Position numbers and translations under genes: made by a program
The notes under the pieces: model-generated
What the model was told of the DNA's origin: nothing
The model's database searches: none
Seen by the model: only the letters and a program-made list of their open reading frames with translations
Origin: a virus
Direction: 5' to 3' (one strand)
IMG/VR virus record: IMGVR_UViG_3300023184_000048
Span: 32,001-96,000 of that record
DNA length: 64,000 nucleotides
In this document: piece by piece, positions 1 to 10,528 of the stretch
Layout of the letters: each line of letters opens with the position of its first letter
How positions within the stretch are numbered: position 1 is the stretch's first letter

Positions 1-2
1 AG

Positions 3-143
3 ATACATTGGGGGCAAGCAGGAGTAAGAGTTACTGGCAAATCAGGAAATACTAAAAGGAAAAAATCATTCAAGGCTAGGCACAACTGCGCCAATGCTAA
101 ACCGGGATCGCCAAATTCCGAAAGCTGTAAAGATTGGAATTAA
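3..143 (+). CDS. 3' end of a conserved phage hypothetical protein (partial, runs off window)
   Basis: Open frame IHWGQAGVRVTGKSGNTKRKKSFKARHNCANAKPGSPNSESCKDWN*; the SFxARHNC...SCxxW motif resembles a small basic protein common in T4-like phages. Confidence 0.6.
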   Translation: MHWGQAGVRVTGKSGNTKRKKSFKARHNCANAKPGSPNSESCKDWN

Positions 144-160
144 TCAACTTAAATAATTGA

Positions 161-649
161 GTGGCGAACATCAAAATTAAATCACTTGCAGTTGATAAAC
201 ATTCCGAAAAATCAATTTCTAAGGGATTTTTGTATAAAGATATTGCTTTTGATTTATCTCAAACTGTTTCATTTAATGCTCAATTAAACAAAAAAGAGTA
301 TTTGAAGGATGTTTCTCCATTATATGACATTGAAGCTGTTAAAAATAGTATCAAAACTGCATTCTTGACTGCTCCGGGTCAAAATATCATGAGTCCTACT
401 TATGGGGTTGACTTGAGACAGTATCTATTTGAACCTATCGATGATTTTACTACTGAAATTATAAAAGATGACATTGAAGTGAAATTACCCAGAATGGAAC
501 CAAGAATTAATGTCAAGAATGTGACTGTTATTGGCGACGAAGATAATAATCAATACAATATTACATTACAGATTGATGTTCCAAGTTTAGATGTGTATGG
601 CTTAAGTATTAAATCTGAATTGAATTCAACTGGTTATAGTATTCTTTGA
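161..649 (+). CDS. gp25: Baseplate wedge subunit, T4 gp25-like
   Basis: AVKNSIKTAFLTAPGQNIMSPTYGVDLRQYLFEP...EPRINV signature of the GPW/gp25 family; GTG start 5 nt after TAAATA. Confidence 0.9.
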   Translation: MANIKIKSLAVDKHSEKSISKGFLYKDIAFDLSQTVSFNAQLNKKEYLKDVSPLYDIEAVKNSIKTAFLTAPGQNIMSPTYGVDLRQYLFEPIDDFTTEIIKDDIEVKLPRMEPRINVKNVTVIGDEDNNQYNITLQIDVPSLDVYGLSIKSELNSTGYSIL

Positions 650-664
650 TATTAAATAGTTTTA

Positions 665-2476
665 ATGGATCAGAACCTTGAGTATAACCTTCCTCAAAAT
701 GCTTACACAAATTTTGACGCGACATCATTGAAGTCATTCATGATCCAACAGCTTAATGCTGAAGGTAGATTCACTGATCAAAACTATGAAGGTAGTAATA
801 TATCATCTCTGGTCAATGTTTTGGCATATTACACTCATGTTTTGATGTTCTATCTCAACCAAACATCATCTGAGTCGATGTTTTCACAAGCTTCGATTTA
901 TGAAAACATGAATAAGATCGTCAAACTGATTGGATACAAGCCGACAGGCAAACAGACATCACTTTCGCCTATTAATTGTGTGGCTTCTGCTGATTTAGCT
1001 CTTGGTAACTATGTCATTCGTAAGTATAGTTATTTTTTAATTGATAATATCCAATATACCTTCATAAGTGACCAGTCTTTTGAGAAATCGACAGCATCAT
1101 CTGAAAATATCGGGGCAATTAATAATAATTCTATCATTTATCAAGGAACTGTTGGGGAATATCCAATTTATGATGCTGAAGGTATTGAATATGAGACATT
1201 GCCCATCGTTGTTGATAATTTGATTGATTCGAAAGATACTAGATTCATATCGCATGGCACTATTTCAGTATATGTCAAAGAAAGTGATAACTCACTGTGG
1301 CATGAGTATGATGAGGTTGATAGTTTATTTTTATCAGATTCAACAAGCAGAGTGTTTGATCTGAGGCTTAATGAAAATGGTCATTATGAAGTTAAGTTTG
1401 GTAATGGTGTGTTTGGAAGATCACTCAAGTCTGGGGATCAGGTTGCAATTTTCTACATATTAAGTGATGGTGATAAGGGACAGATTTCCAAAAATGCTAT
1501 CAACGGTAACAAATTATTTGTGTATAATAGCCAAAGATTTAATGAAGTTTATATTGATGTGAACTCGGGATCTATCTCAACACAAATAGATCAGACAAAT
1601 ACAGGACTGTTAACATTTAATAATCCTTCAAATTCCACTCTTTTACAAGATGCTGAAACCGTTGATCAAATTAGAGAAAACAGTCCTACATTTTTGTCAA
1701 GTCAATTAAGACTTGTGACTGAAAATGATTATGAAAAATTTTTAAAGAAAAGTATTCCAAATATTTTAAATTCGGTCAAGGTCGTGAATAACAAAACATT
1801 CATATCAGAGTATATTGATTATTTTTATCAAATATCTGTTGATCCAAACAAAGTTAATAGAGTCATTCTTAATCAGGTTAATTTTGCTGATTCTTGTGAC
1901 TTCAACAATATTAATGTGTTTTGTGTTCCGACATTTAACATAACAACAGATGGACAATATCCAGAATTTTTGACAAACAGCTTCAAGGGACTAATAAGAA
2001 CTCTGACAAATGATAAGAAAATAATCTCGAATGAAATTGTCCCGAGAGATCCGGTATACACTGCATTTGATATAGGATTTAGTAATTTAACACCTAACAA
2101 ATCTGTCTATGATAAGACAAAATTGATAATTACTAGAGAGACAAACAATAAAACAAATAAAGAAACTCTTAAAAAAAGAGTCTCCAATGTTATTTTGGAT
2201 TATTTCAACCCAAAAAATATGAGCTTGGGTCAAACCATCAACATATCAGATTTAGCCTCCAGTATATTATCTCTGGATGGTGTAAAAAATATAAAGACCA
2301 AAAATTTTGAAGAGAATATATATTTCAATGGTATATCGTTTATCACTTGGAATCCAGCATTTGATGGTGTCGATGAGACGTTGATAAATCAAACAACAAC
2401 ACTACCATTCTTCAAATTTCCTTATTTCTACAGACCAAATTCTCTAATCAACCGCATTGAAATAACAGACGAATGA
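665..2476 (+). CDS. gp6: Baseplate wedge subunit, T4 gp6-like
   Basis: DF..LK, FTDQNYEGSNISSLVNVLAYYTH, YEVKFGNGVFG, RLVTENDY motifs; follows gp25. Confidence 0.9.
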   Translation: MDQNLEYNLPQNAYTNFDATSLKSFMIQQLNAEGRFTDQNYEGSNISSLVNVLAYYTHVLMFYLNQTSSESMFSQASIYENMNKIVKLIGYKPTGKQTSLSPINCVASADLALGNYVIRKYSYFLIDNIQYTFISDQSFEKSTASSENIGAINNNSIIYQGTVGEYPIYDAEGIEYETLPIVVDNLIDSKDTRFISHGTISVYVKESDNSLWHEYDEVDSLFLSDSTSRVFDLRLNENGHYEVKFGNGVFGRSLKSGDQVAIFYILSDGDKGQISKNAINGNKLFVYNSQRFNEVYIDVNSGSISTQIDQTNTGLLTFNNPSNSTLLQDAETVDQIRENSPTFLSSQLRLVTENDYEKFLKKSIPNILNSVKVVNNKTFISEYIDYFYQISVDPNKVNRVILNQVNFADSCDFNNINVFCVPTFNITTDGQYPEFLTNSFKGLIRTLTNDKKIISNEIVPRDPVYTAFDIGFSNLTPNKSVYDKTKLIITRETNNKTNKETLKKRVSNVILDYFNPKNMSLGQTINISDLASSILSLDGVKNIKTKNFEENIYFNGISFITWNPAFDGVDETLINQTTTLPFFKFPYFYRPNSLINRIEITDE

Positions 2477-4686
2477 GCAGCACAACAACCACAATTAACT
2501 TCTCATGTGTCGATTACAGGGGTGAACAATCCCTATCGTCTTATGCTATTCCGATAACTCCTTTTTTTCTAACTCCCGATTTATCAGAACTGGCGTTGAG
2601 CGCAATTAACAGCCATAAAGTTATTTGGGATTTTGGTGACGGCACAACATCAAAATCATTCTCAGCGGTTAAGTCATATGAATTTCCCGGAATATATGAC
2701 ATTAATCTTGTCATCTATGATTGCAACAATAATGCACTCATATCAACCCAGACAAAAATAGTTCAGGTGTATGATTATTTGCCATATACATTTAATATTA
2801 GGGCTTATGGTAGATTTCTGACAGAGGATGGTTCATATATTATTTCGGAGGACGGATCATATATTGTCAGTGAGGTTCCAGTGATTGAAATAAAAGCAGG
2901 AAAAATTGAGGGATCATTTAACTTTGAATCTACCTACCCAGCGTATCAGCCTCCAACAAGCATATATTACGAAGTGTCTGGATCTGACAGTAATAATTAT
3001 TGGGAGATATATAAAAATAAGTTCGAGCATTTGGATAATAGCTATGCTATATACGAACAAACGTATAATTTTAGCATATCAGCAAATCAATATCATCAAT
3101 TGAAAAATATACAATTTGATGTATCTGATATTTATGCCAAAGTATCTGAAGGTTCGGTCATCAGATGTTCAAAAGAAGACATCAATTCTTGTTTGGTTGG
3201 TAGATCTGGGAATAAAGATGTATATATCAAAGATGATGCCCCATCTCAAAATTCAAAATGGAAATTCTTTTTCGATAAAACGAAAAATAAGTTACCTTTT
3301 TACAATGGTAACACAAATCATCTGAATAATTTAGCTATAGTTATGAGTCTGAGCGTCTTAGAAAACACTCCAGATCATTTATCCATTACTTCTAATGGTC
3401 TTGATGGTGAGGGTGTGACTGTTGACTCTTTTAATATAAATCCCATAAAATATTTTGATACTAAAATACCATTTGTGATTAGGATCAAAGATATTGATAA
3501 TTTTTCTATAAAAGACTTTCAAACTATACAATTGTCCGCATTATCAATAACATTATCTGCGATTGGCAATGTTCAAATCGTCGATGAAAATGGTCAATTT
3601 TTATTGAACGAAAATGGGGAAGAGATTTATGCGACTGGAGTAAATTATCTGCTATCGAATACACAATATAGTATATCTTCTTTGAATTATACATTATCAT
3701 CACAGGATTCTGGTGGATCTTTTAGAGGATATATACAATTCTCAACCAATCCAGAGAATACAATTTTACAAAATGTAAAAATATACACATCAGCCACGGT
3801 CATCAGTAATCAATTAAGCTCATATGAATTATCTGGAAGTTCATCATTTTTTAACGTTTATTCAAAAAATTATTTTGATTTGTATAAAAAGAATGAGGAT
3901 TTCAATCCAGAGCAGACATTGAAAGATTTAAGATTTCAAGAAACTCTTTTAGATAAAGAAGTATTGTTTGGAGATTTTCTTGGTGGATTATTGGGTAATG
4001 AAAATTCTGATCATGAAGGTATCGGCTTGAAGATTTATGAAAAAATAGCAAACTTTGTTGGAAATACCCAAGATATTGACACTTGTGAAGAGGATCATAT
4101 AGAATCTTTGGGATTATTTTTAGGATATAATAACAAAAATGAGGAGAACTACACATATCCAGAAAAGATAAAGAGAATACTTAACTTAGCGTCAATCGAT
4201 AAAACCAAACTTGTAGGAATTGATAATAAGTTTGCAGAAAATTTTGATATTAAGGGAAGATCATCCAAAGATGAATACGGAATCAATACAGGAGATATTA
4301 TAGATCCAAATACATATATAGTCACTGCTGGTATCCCTATAGTAGCTCTCGAAAAGTTTAGTAATACCTATTCCCTATTAAACACATTCCAACCCGTTTC
4401 GGCTGTTGGGTCATTCACATATCCCCTCAGTTTATATAATTCTGACTTTGGTTGGCCATTGGTCCTTCCAAGCGATTTTGATTATAAAGATTTTTCAAAA
4501 TATTATATATTTTTTGAATACGTTGATCAATATGATGGTAGTGTGGTTGGTTCTCTGGGAGATTTTGTAAATGATAAAACAACAATAGATTCAAGTTCGT
4601 CAAGTTCTGACTTATACGGAGAAAGTGGTATATTCCAGAATATGTTCATGGATACTTTATATCAATCACTCTCTTTGATTAATTAA
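2473..4686 (+). CDS. PKD-domain baseplate/tail structural protein
   Basis: WDFGDGT...KSYEFPGIYDINL PKD motif; overlaps gp6 stop; structural context. Confidence 0.6.
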   Translation: MSSTTTTINFSCVDYRGEQSLSSYAIPITPFFLTPDLSELALSAINSHKVIWDFGDGTTSKSFSAVKSYEFPGIYDINLVIYDCNNNALISTQTKIVQVYDYLPYTFNIRAYGRFLTEDGSYIISEDGSYIVSEVPVIEIKAGKIEGSFNFESTYPAYQPPTSIYYEVSGSDSNNYWEIYKNKFEHLDNSYAIYEQTYNFSISANQYHQLKNIQFDVSDIYAKVSEGSVIRCSKEDINSCLVGRSGNKDVYIKDDAPSQNSKWKFFFDKTKNKLPFYNGNTNHLNNLAIVMSLSVLENTPDHLSITSNGLDGEGVTVDSFNINPIKYFDTKIPFVIRIKDIDNFSIKDFQTIQLSALSITLSAIGNVQIVDENGQFLLNENGEEIYATGVNYLLSNTQYSISSLNYTLSSQDSGGSFRGYIQFSTNPENTILQNVKIYTSATVISNQLSSYELSGSSSFFNVYSKNYFDLYKKNEDFNPEQTLKDLRFQETLLDKEVLFGDFLGGLLGNENSDHEGIGLKIYEKIANFVGNTQDIDTCEEDHIESLGLFLGYNNKNEENYTYPEKIKRILNLASIDKTKLVGIDNKFAENFDIKGRSSKDEYGINTGDIIDPNTYIVTAGIPIVALEKFSNTYSLLNTFQPVSAVGSFTYPLSLYNSDFGWPLVLPSDFDYKDFSKYYIFFEYVDQYDGSVVGSLGDFVNDKTTIDSSSSSSDLYGESGIFQNMFMDTLYQSLSLIN

Positions 4687-4694
4687 ATATACTA

Positions 4695-5204
4695 ATGGAA
4701 GTCAAACTGTCAGAACTTAATCATTTAACAGGAGGATTATCTGCTAATAGTCTTGTCCCCATTCTACAAAATGGTTATAACTATATAACACCAGTAAGTT
4801 CATTTATTGTAAACTCTCCTGTATTATCAGTGTCTGGAAAAACAGGAGCTATCACATTATCTGCATCAGATATTCAAACACCCTACATAACAATACAGAC
4901 CTTATTTCCAATTGTCACCACTCTATCATCCACAAATAACCAAACAGTTTCATCAAATAATGTTTATTTTGATGAAACTTTCTTTATAACACCTGTCGGA
5001 TCTTTATCGGCATTGACTTGGAAACTTCCACTATCATCTGAATGTAGAGTTGGTCAAATAAAAACATTTCTATCTACGCAAAATATAACAACATTTTCTG
5101 TCAGTGGGTGTAAAATAGGAGCAGCTTTGACAACTGCATATGCTAATGAAGCATATTCTTATCAATGCATTTTACCAAATGGAACCTTTTTAAGATTAGC
5201 ATAA
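4695..5204 (+). CDS. Small tail-fibre/baseplate-associated protein
   Basis: N-terminal VKLSELNHL and VLSVSGKTGAITLSASDI motifs typical of phage fibre proteins. Confidence 0.5.
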   Translation: MEVKLSELNHLTGGLSANSLVPILQNGYNYITPVSSFIVNSPVLSVSGKTGAITLSASDIQTPYITIQTLFPIVTTLSSTNNQTVSSNNVYFDETFFITPVGSLSALTWKLPLSSECRVGQIKTFLSTQNITTFSVSGCKIGAALTTAYANEAYSYQCILPNGTFLRLA

Positions 5205-6025
5205 TGCCATTGACTTCAATTACATCCTCCAAACGGAATAGACTCAATAAGGTAAATCGTGTGATAGACAATATGGTCAATTCTATTGATTCTAGAATTG
5301 CAGGAAAAGACCCAGCATCTACAATAAAAATATACGATAGTTATAATGTTCCTTATGGAACTGTTGGGAGTAGAAATAGTAATTTTTGGTGTTCTAGCTT
5401 ATCTGCAATTACATGCATTAGTCCGCGGAATTCTTACGAAGATTACGCAAGAGCTGGAACTTTAATAGCCCCAGATATGGTAGTATTCTCTAACCATTTT
5501 CCTATTTTAAGTGGTAATAGCATAGACTTTTACACCATGGGTGGGTCAGTGGTGACAAGGACAATTATAGCACAGCGAAGAATACAAACTACAGATTTAA
5601 TGTTGGGTAAATTGGATAGTGATGTCCCAAACACAATAGCATACGCAAAAGTCTTACCTAAAACTTTTTATCCATTATTCTCGGAAGTGTTAAATAATGG
5701 ATCAGTAAAAGTGCCTATAATGAGTCTTGATCAACAAGAACATGCATCAGTTACCGACACATATGTTCAATCACAAAATTCATTTTTTTCGATTCCTACA
5801 GATTCTACAAGATTATCATTCTACGAAGGAACTTATGAATATGATTCAGGCAATCCATCTTTATGGGTATATAACAATGATTTAATCATTATAAGCGTTT
5901 GGTTTGGTGGTGGCTTAGGATCTCCGGGGAGTGGTCCCTCGTTTCATTATTATAGAGATGATATAAACTCTACCATGACCGCATTAAGTAGTCCTTATCA
6001 ATTGACCGAAGTAGTTGTTCAATAA
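5204..6025 (+). CDS. Trypsin/chymotrypsin-like serine protease
   Basis: Triad motifs in order: GTLIAPDMVVFSNHF (His), TDLMLGKL (Asp), YDSGNP (Ser), then ISVWFGGG; start moved to ATG overlapping upstream TAA. Confidence 0.7.
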   Translation: MPLTSITSSKRNRLNKVNRVIDNMVNSIDSRIAGKDPASTIKIYDSYNVPYGTVGSRNSNFWCSSLSAITCISPRNSYEDYARAGTLIAPDMVVFSNHFPILSGNSIDFYTMGGSVVTRTIIAQRRIQTTDLMLGKLDSDVPNTIAYAKVLPKTFYPLFSEVLNNGSVKVPIMSLDQQEHASVTDTYVQSQNSFFSIPTDSTRLSFYEGTYEYDSGNPSLWVYNNDLIIISVWFGGGLGSPGSGPSFHYYRDDINSTMTALSSPYQLTEVVVQ

Positions 6026-6795
6026 TATTTTCCATATAGATCGGTATCATTCCTCTCCATATCATACACTTCATTTTGACTGATGGTATCTATATCAAAT
6101 GGATACACTTTTTCGACTGATGTCAATGATGGAAACAATACAGATGAGAGTTTCCCAGAGAATGAATTATCATACACCTGATCATTACCAAGTTCTTGTG
6201 GAGCATTTGTGGTATAGTCGTATTCATAACGTTTTGCTGCTATCTTCCATACATAACTACCCATCATAGGATTTATACCCGCAGCAACATCTTGGTCCAA
6301 TACTTCAGTAATTCTGAATATTTTCGAACCTCTATTTCCGGGTCGGTTGCATCCCAAAGCATCTACCCTAATCAAATCATCTGATTTTGGTTCAACTCTT
6401 TGACCATTCAATTGAAAAAATGTCGCACTTACAGTATCTGTAAATGTTTTTATTGATATATAAGCAGTCAGTTCATCGGAAGAGTCCATACCATATTGGG
6501 ATAATGATACACCCTCTTGTAACTCCAAATATGCCTTAATTTCAAATGGTTCTGAATATTCCAGAGTCGAGTGTTCTCCATAAAGAATGTTCATCGCACT
6601 CAGATTGAATCCATTGACAAAATAACTGATATTAACTCCAAAATTATTAATCAATTCAGAAAATCCACTTTTGAATATGGCTTGTTCCGCTTGGAAATTG
6701 CTAGGATCACCAAACCCACCACAATGAGGATTATACACACCTGCGAAAATATTAGATGGATCTAGGCAGGACATTGGAATCATGTTACAACTCAT
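6019..6795 (-). CDS. gp14: Neck/head-closure protein, T4 gp14-like
   Basis: EQAIFKSGFSELINNFGVNISYF, YGEHS...FEIKAYLE, PKSDDLI, WKIAAKRYEY pattern. Confidence 0.75.
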   Translation of the reverse strand: MSCNMIPMSCLDPSNIFAGVYNPHCGGFGDPSNFQAEQAIFKSGFSELINNFGVNISYFVNGFNLSAMNILYGEHSTLEYSEPFEIKAYLELQEGVSLSQYGMDSSDELTAYISIKTFTDTVSATFFQLNGQRVEPKSDDLIRVDALGCNRPGNRGSKIFRITEVLDQDVAAGINPMMGSYVWKIAAKRYEYDYTTNAPQELGNDQVYDNSFSGKLSSVLFPSLTSVEKVYPFDIDTISQNEVYDMERNDTDLYGKYY

Positions 6796-7139
6796 TTTGT
6801 CTTGATAATCCTCCCTGTTGGTTGTCCCTGAGCATTCATATACATCTGAATAGCCATTGGTGAATTTTTGATTTGTGAAGTCTTACCATCTTTAAATTCC
6901 AAATTATAATCAGATAATACATTTGCTAATTGCTGACCCATGAACATTGCACCCACACGATGCATTTGATTATTCATGGGTTTGTATGGTCCTACTGTGT
7001 GAAGATTCTTTTTGTTAATAATGTTGGGGTTCTTTCCATTATGGGCTTCTATAGATGGTGCCGATGTTCCGTCTGCCAAATTATGGCGATATTCCAAAAT
7101 TGGATTGTTCAAATTGAAATATTCCTTAAAAGAAACCAT
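6792..7139 (-). CDS. Hypothetical late protein, possible internal head protein
   Basis: Start MVSFKEYF placed 5 nt after TAAATA; ATGA overlap with gp14. Confidence 0.6.
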   Translation of the reverse strand: MVSFKEYFNLNNPILEYRHNLADGTSAPSIEAHNGKNPNIINKKNLHTVGPYKPMNNQMHRVGAMFMGQQLANVLSDYNLEFKDGKTSQIKNSPMAIQMYMNAQGQPTGRIIKTK

Positions 7140-7150
7140 AATAATATTTA

Positions 7151-7183
7151 ATAAAAAAGGATGACCGATTAAAGTCATCCTTT
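7151..7183 (-). terminator. Rho-independent terminator for the 7211-8140 gene
   Basis: 10-bp stem AAAGGATGAC/GTCATCCTTT, 8-nt loop, followed by a T-run on the minus strand. Confidence 0.8.
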
Positions 7184-7210
7184 CTTTTAATTGTTTATGT
7201 TAAGGTTTAC

Positions 7211-8140
7211 TTATTTGAAGTAATCAGCTTTTGCTTTGAGGGTTGATCCGGGAACTTGATTGGATTTACCTTGGAGAGCAGTGATAGGAGGAGCACCATC
7301 TTTGGTTCCAACTTCATCAGTCACATCAGTTTTAGCGGAATGGGAACCTTTAGGTGTCACACGACCACCAACCTTGTTGGACTTGCCTTGGAAAGCACCT
7401 TTCTTATCAGGAGCAACTTTGGTTCCTTGAACTTCTTCGTCTTCGTCAAAATCCATACCATCATCATCTTCTTCAAAATCCATACCTTCATCATCACCAC
7501 CATATTCATCTTCTCCTTCGCTTTCGTCATGTTCTTGGCCCATAGCGGCACCAATAACATCCATAAGCTTTTCGGCAGTTGCACGATCAAGAGTAAAGGT
7601 GATAGAGTCTCCTTCGTCGTCTCCACCGAAGTCATCGCCCATTTCATCATCAGTGGATGCATCGTCAAGACCGAGAGCACCGAGGTCATCACCTTCATCT
7701 TCGAATCCTTGTCCGAAGTTCTCGTTGAGACATTTTGCATATAGAGTGTCAAAAATTGATTTTTTAGCCATACCTTTATTTAGCGTTTTCTTCATAATTT
7801 TTGTAGATTCTTGAATTTGTTCTTCATCTTCATCCTTGTCATCATCTTTTTCCCAAGGTGGAGTCCACTTCTTTTTACCATCCTCATCTTTCTCTTCATC
7901 CTCATCTTTTTCATCACACTCATCACAATCTTCTTCTTCATCTTCTTCATTATCAATGACAGAATCCGCAAGATCATTTAAAGTTTTCTTGTAGCCACCT
8001 TTAACAGCATTATCCTTTTCAACTGGAAGCGCATTTTTATCTGTGAAAGTATTACCACCTTTTTTAATAGACTCATTTACAACAGGAGAGTAAAATTCAT
8101 CCATAATATCTCCTAAACTCAATTCACTATTTTTGCTCAT
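7211..8140 (-). CDS. Highly acidic low-complexity late protein (scaffold/internal-protein-like)
   Basis: 309 aa with long D/E tracts and a K/G-rich C terminus; own TAAATA box and terminator. Confidence 0.6.
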   Translation of the reverse strand: MSKNSELSLGDIMDEFYSPVVNESIKKGGNTFTDKNALPVEKDNAVKGGYKKTLNDLADSVIDNEEDEEEDCDECDEKDEDEEKDEDGKKKWTPPWEKDDDKDEDEEQIQESTKIMKKTLNKGMAKKSIFDTLYAKCLNENFGQGFEDEGDDLGALGLDDASTDDEMGDDFGGDDEGDSITFTLDRATAEKLMDVIGAAMGQEHDESEGEDEYGGDDEGMDFEEDDDGMDFDEDEEVQGTKVAPDKKGAFQGKSNKVGGRVTPKGSHSAKTDVTDEVGTKDGAPPITALQGKSNQVPGSTLKAKADYFK

Positions 8141-8177
8141 GTGATTATTTAGTATTGATGTAGTTTAAATATGATTG

Positions 8178-9941
8178 ATGGCTTCTAAACGAAAAGAAAA
8201 GTTTTATTTAAATAATCCGAATTTACCTGCAAAGGGCGCGGAATTTGAATATACCCCAGAAATGGTAGCTGAGATAGAAAAATGTAAAAACAATATTTTA
8301 CATTTTGCTGAAAATTATTTCTTTATTCTCAATATTGATGAAGGAAAACAAAAAATTAAATTATATCCCGCTCAGAAAAGAATATTGAGAGGTATTCGGG
8401 ATAATCGTTTCTTCATTTTAACTGCTAGTAGACAAATTGGCAAGAGTTCTATAGCTACTATATATTTGTTATGGTTGGCTATTTTCTTCGAAGATCAGAA
8501 GATATTACTTGTAGCCAACAAAGAATCAACAGCTATAGAAATTTTTGGTAGAGTTAGAATGGCATATGAACAATTACCAAACTGGTTGAAATCTCCAATT
8601 GATGGAAGTTATGGTAAGACTTCTATGGAGTTAGAAAATGGCAGTAGAATAGGTATTACTACTACTACCGGAACTGCTGGTCGTGGTAGTAGTTGCACAT
8701 TTCTTGCAATTGACGAAGCGGCGTGGATCGATTCATTTTTGCTTGAAGGGTTCTGGGCATCAGTGTTCCCTATTATTTCATCATCCAAAAAAGCTAAGAT
8801 TTTTATGTGTTCTACTCCCAATGGAACTGGAAATTTATTTCATTCATTATATCAAGGTGCTATAGATGGTAAAAACAATTGGGGACATGATAAAATTTTA
8901 TGGAATGAAGTTCCCGGAAGGACAGAGAAATGGGCAGAAGAAATTAAAGCTGGTTTGGCATCTCAAGAAAAATGGGATGTAGAATTTAATTGCATGTTCC
9001 TAAATTCAGGAACATCATCTATGAATAAGGATTTATATGATAAGCTCGTAAAACTTATACAAAAACCTATAGAAACTTTAATGGATGAAAGATATCTAAT
9101 CTACGAACATCCAAATCCAGATAGATTATATGTAGCGGGTGTGGATACTGCTGAAGGTGTTGGGGGTGATTCTTCTGTAATTAAAATAATGGATATTACT
9201 GAGTTGGATGATATTAAAGAAGTGGCCGAATACTGTAATAATACTATACCAGTCGCTGAATTTTCTAATGTTGTTTATGAAATTTTAGGTCATTGGGGAA
9301 ATCCTTTGGTGTGTATTGAAAGAAATAATCAAGGTGGTCAGGTAGCAGATAGATTAGGAATCGACTTAGCATATCCGAAAATAGTAAACTGGGGATCAAA
9401 ACTTGCGGGACGTAAGAGTGTTGAGCTTTTGGGTATGGTTTCATCTAGAAACACCAAATATAGAGCTGTAGCCAATGCTCGTTATTATTATAATGATAAG
9501 GAAGCCGTAACATTCAGAAATGAACATGGATTAGAAGAATTATTTAAAGATTTCGTAAAAGTTAATGACACATGGCAAGCAGTTTCTGGTAAACATGATG
9601 ATAGAACAATGGCTATGATCTGGGCGTTGATGGTTCTTGATAAAGAATTATGTGAAAGGTGGTTCGAGATTATTGAAGTTGATGAATGTGGTAAACCATC
9701 CAAGATTGCTCCATTAGATTATGGTATAAAATATTTTGAAAATCCCACATCAATCTATACTAATGAACAAGTTGAAAAAATCGAAAATTCTGGACTATTA
9801 CCCATGTCATTTGGAGGATATTCAGAACAAACTGGTGAGGTTGCAAGTTTATTAGCTGATGGTTGGTCATTTTTAGGTGGTAGAGGTAATAATGTAGATC
9901 AGGGTGATTACAATTTGGATTTTGATAAGTATTTCGGATAA
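8178..9941 (+). CDS. terL: Terminase large subunit, T4 gp17-like
   Basis: SRQIGKS Walker A, LAIDEAAWI Walker B, STPNG motif, nuclease AGVDTAEG...DSS and HDDRTMA. Confidence 0.95.
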   Translation: MASKRKEKFYLNNPNLPAKGAEFEYTPEMVAEIEKCKNNILHFAENYFFILNIDEGKQKIKLYPAQKRILRGIRDNRFFILTASRQIGKSSIATIYLLWLAIFFEDQKILLVANKESTAIEIFGRVRMAYEQLPNWLKSPIDGSYGKTSMELENGSRIGITTTTGTAGRGSSCTFLAIDEAAWIDSFLLEGFWASVFPIISSSKKAKIFMCSTPNGTGNLFHSLYQGAIDGKNNWGHDKILWNEVPGRTEKWAEEIKAGLASQEKWDVEFNCMFLNSGTSSMNKDLYDKLVKLIQKPIETLMDERYLIYEHPNPDRLYVAGVDTAEGVGGDSSVIKIMDITELDDIKEVAEYCNNTIPVAEFSNVVYEILGHWGNPLVCIERNNQGGQVADRLGIDLAYPKIVNWGSKLAGRKSVELLGMVSSRNTKYRAVANARYYYNDKEAVTFRNEHGLEELFKDFVKVNDTWQAVSGKHDDRTMAMIWALMVLDKELCERWFEIIEVDECGKPSKIAPLDYGIKYFENPTSIYTNEQVEKIENSGLLPMSFGGYSEQTGEVASLLADGWSFLGGRGNNVDQGDYNLDFDKYFG

Positions 9942-9955
9942 AGTAAATAATTACA

Positions 9956-10528
9956 ATGAGTGAGGTCAAGCAAAGCCATCTTAATAAAGCGAAACAGGAT
10001 AAATTCCTGTTGGTCTTCGACATTCCACCCATCCTGAAAGGAATCACCAGAAAATATGAAAGGAATAATAAAACAATTATTCCCGATAGTGTTCAATTCT
10101 CGGTTTTTGGTTCATTGATACCAGAAATTACTGTGAAAGGTGTTTTGGCTAAATTTGCAGGATCTGGTTTATATCAATCAAGTTTTGCCAAGGATGCACC
10201 ACCCCCAGTCAATATTAAATTCAATGTTGACTCTCAATATAATAACTATTGGGTGATTTACTCTTGGTTGAATCTATTACATGATCAAAAAACTGGTGTA
10301 TATAACCAAAGCAATATTCCAGTGGATGGTAATTTCAATGATTACCAAACAGATTTGACAATTTATGGTTTGGATGAATATCTCGAAAAAAAGGTAAAAT
10401 TTACATACAAGAAAGCATTTCCCACAACTTTGGACTCCATCACCTATTCCCAGAAAGGTGAATCCGGTGAAGAAATTGAATCAGGGTTCACCTTTCTTTA
10501 TTCTCAGATGCATGTTGAATTATTATAA
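9956..10528 (+). CDS. Tail completion/tube terminator, T4 gp3-like
   Basis: VQFSVFGSLIPEIT, NIKFNVDSQYNNYWVIYSWL, YKKAFPTTL: tube-fold family; lies between terminase and sheath. Confidence 0.7.
   Translation: MSEVKQSHLNKAKQDKFLLVFDIPPILKGITRKYERNNKTIIPDSVQFSVFGSLIPEITVKGVLAKFAGSGLYQSSFAKDAPPPVNIKFNVDSQYNNYWVIYSWLNLLHDQKTGVYNQSNIPVDGNFNDYQTDLTIYGLDEYLEKKVKFTYKKAFPTTLDSITYSQKGESGEEIESGFTFLYSQMHVELL

Noticed and set aside
161-649. Lysozyme activity for gp25
   Set aside because: The family label is historical; no catalytic motif seen, so treated as structural
7256-7977. Alternative-frame ORFs across the acidic gene, including His-rich 7354-7545
   Set aside because: Artefacts of GAT/GAA low-complexity repeats
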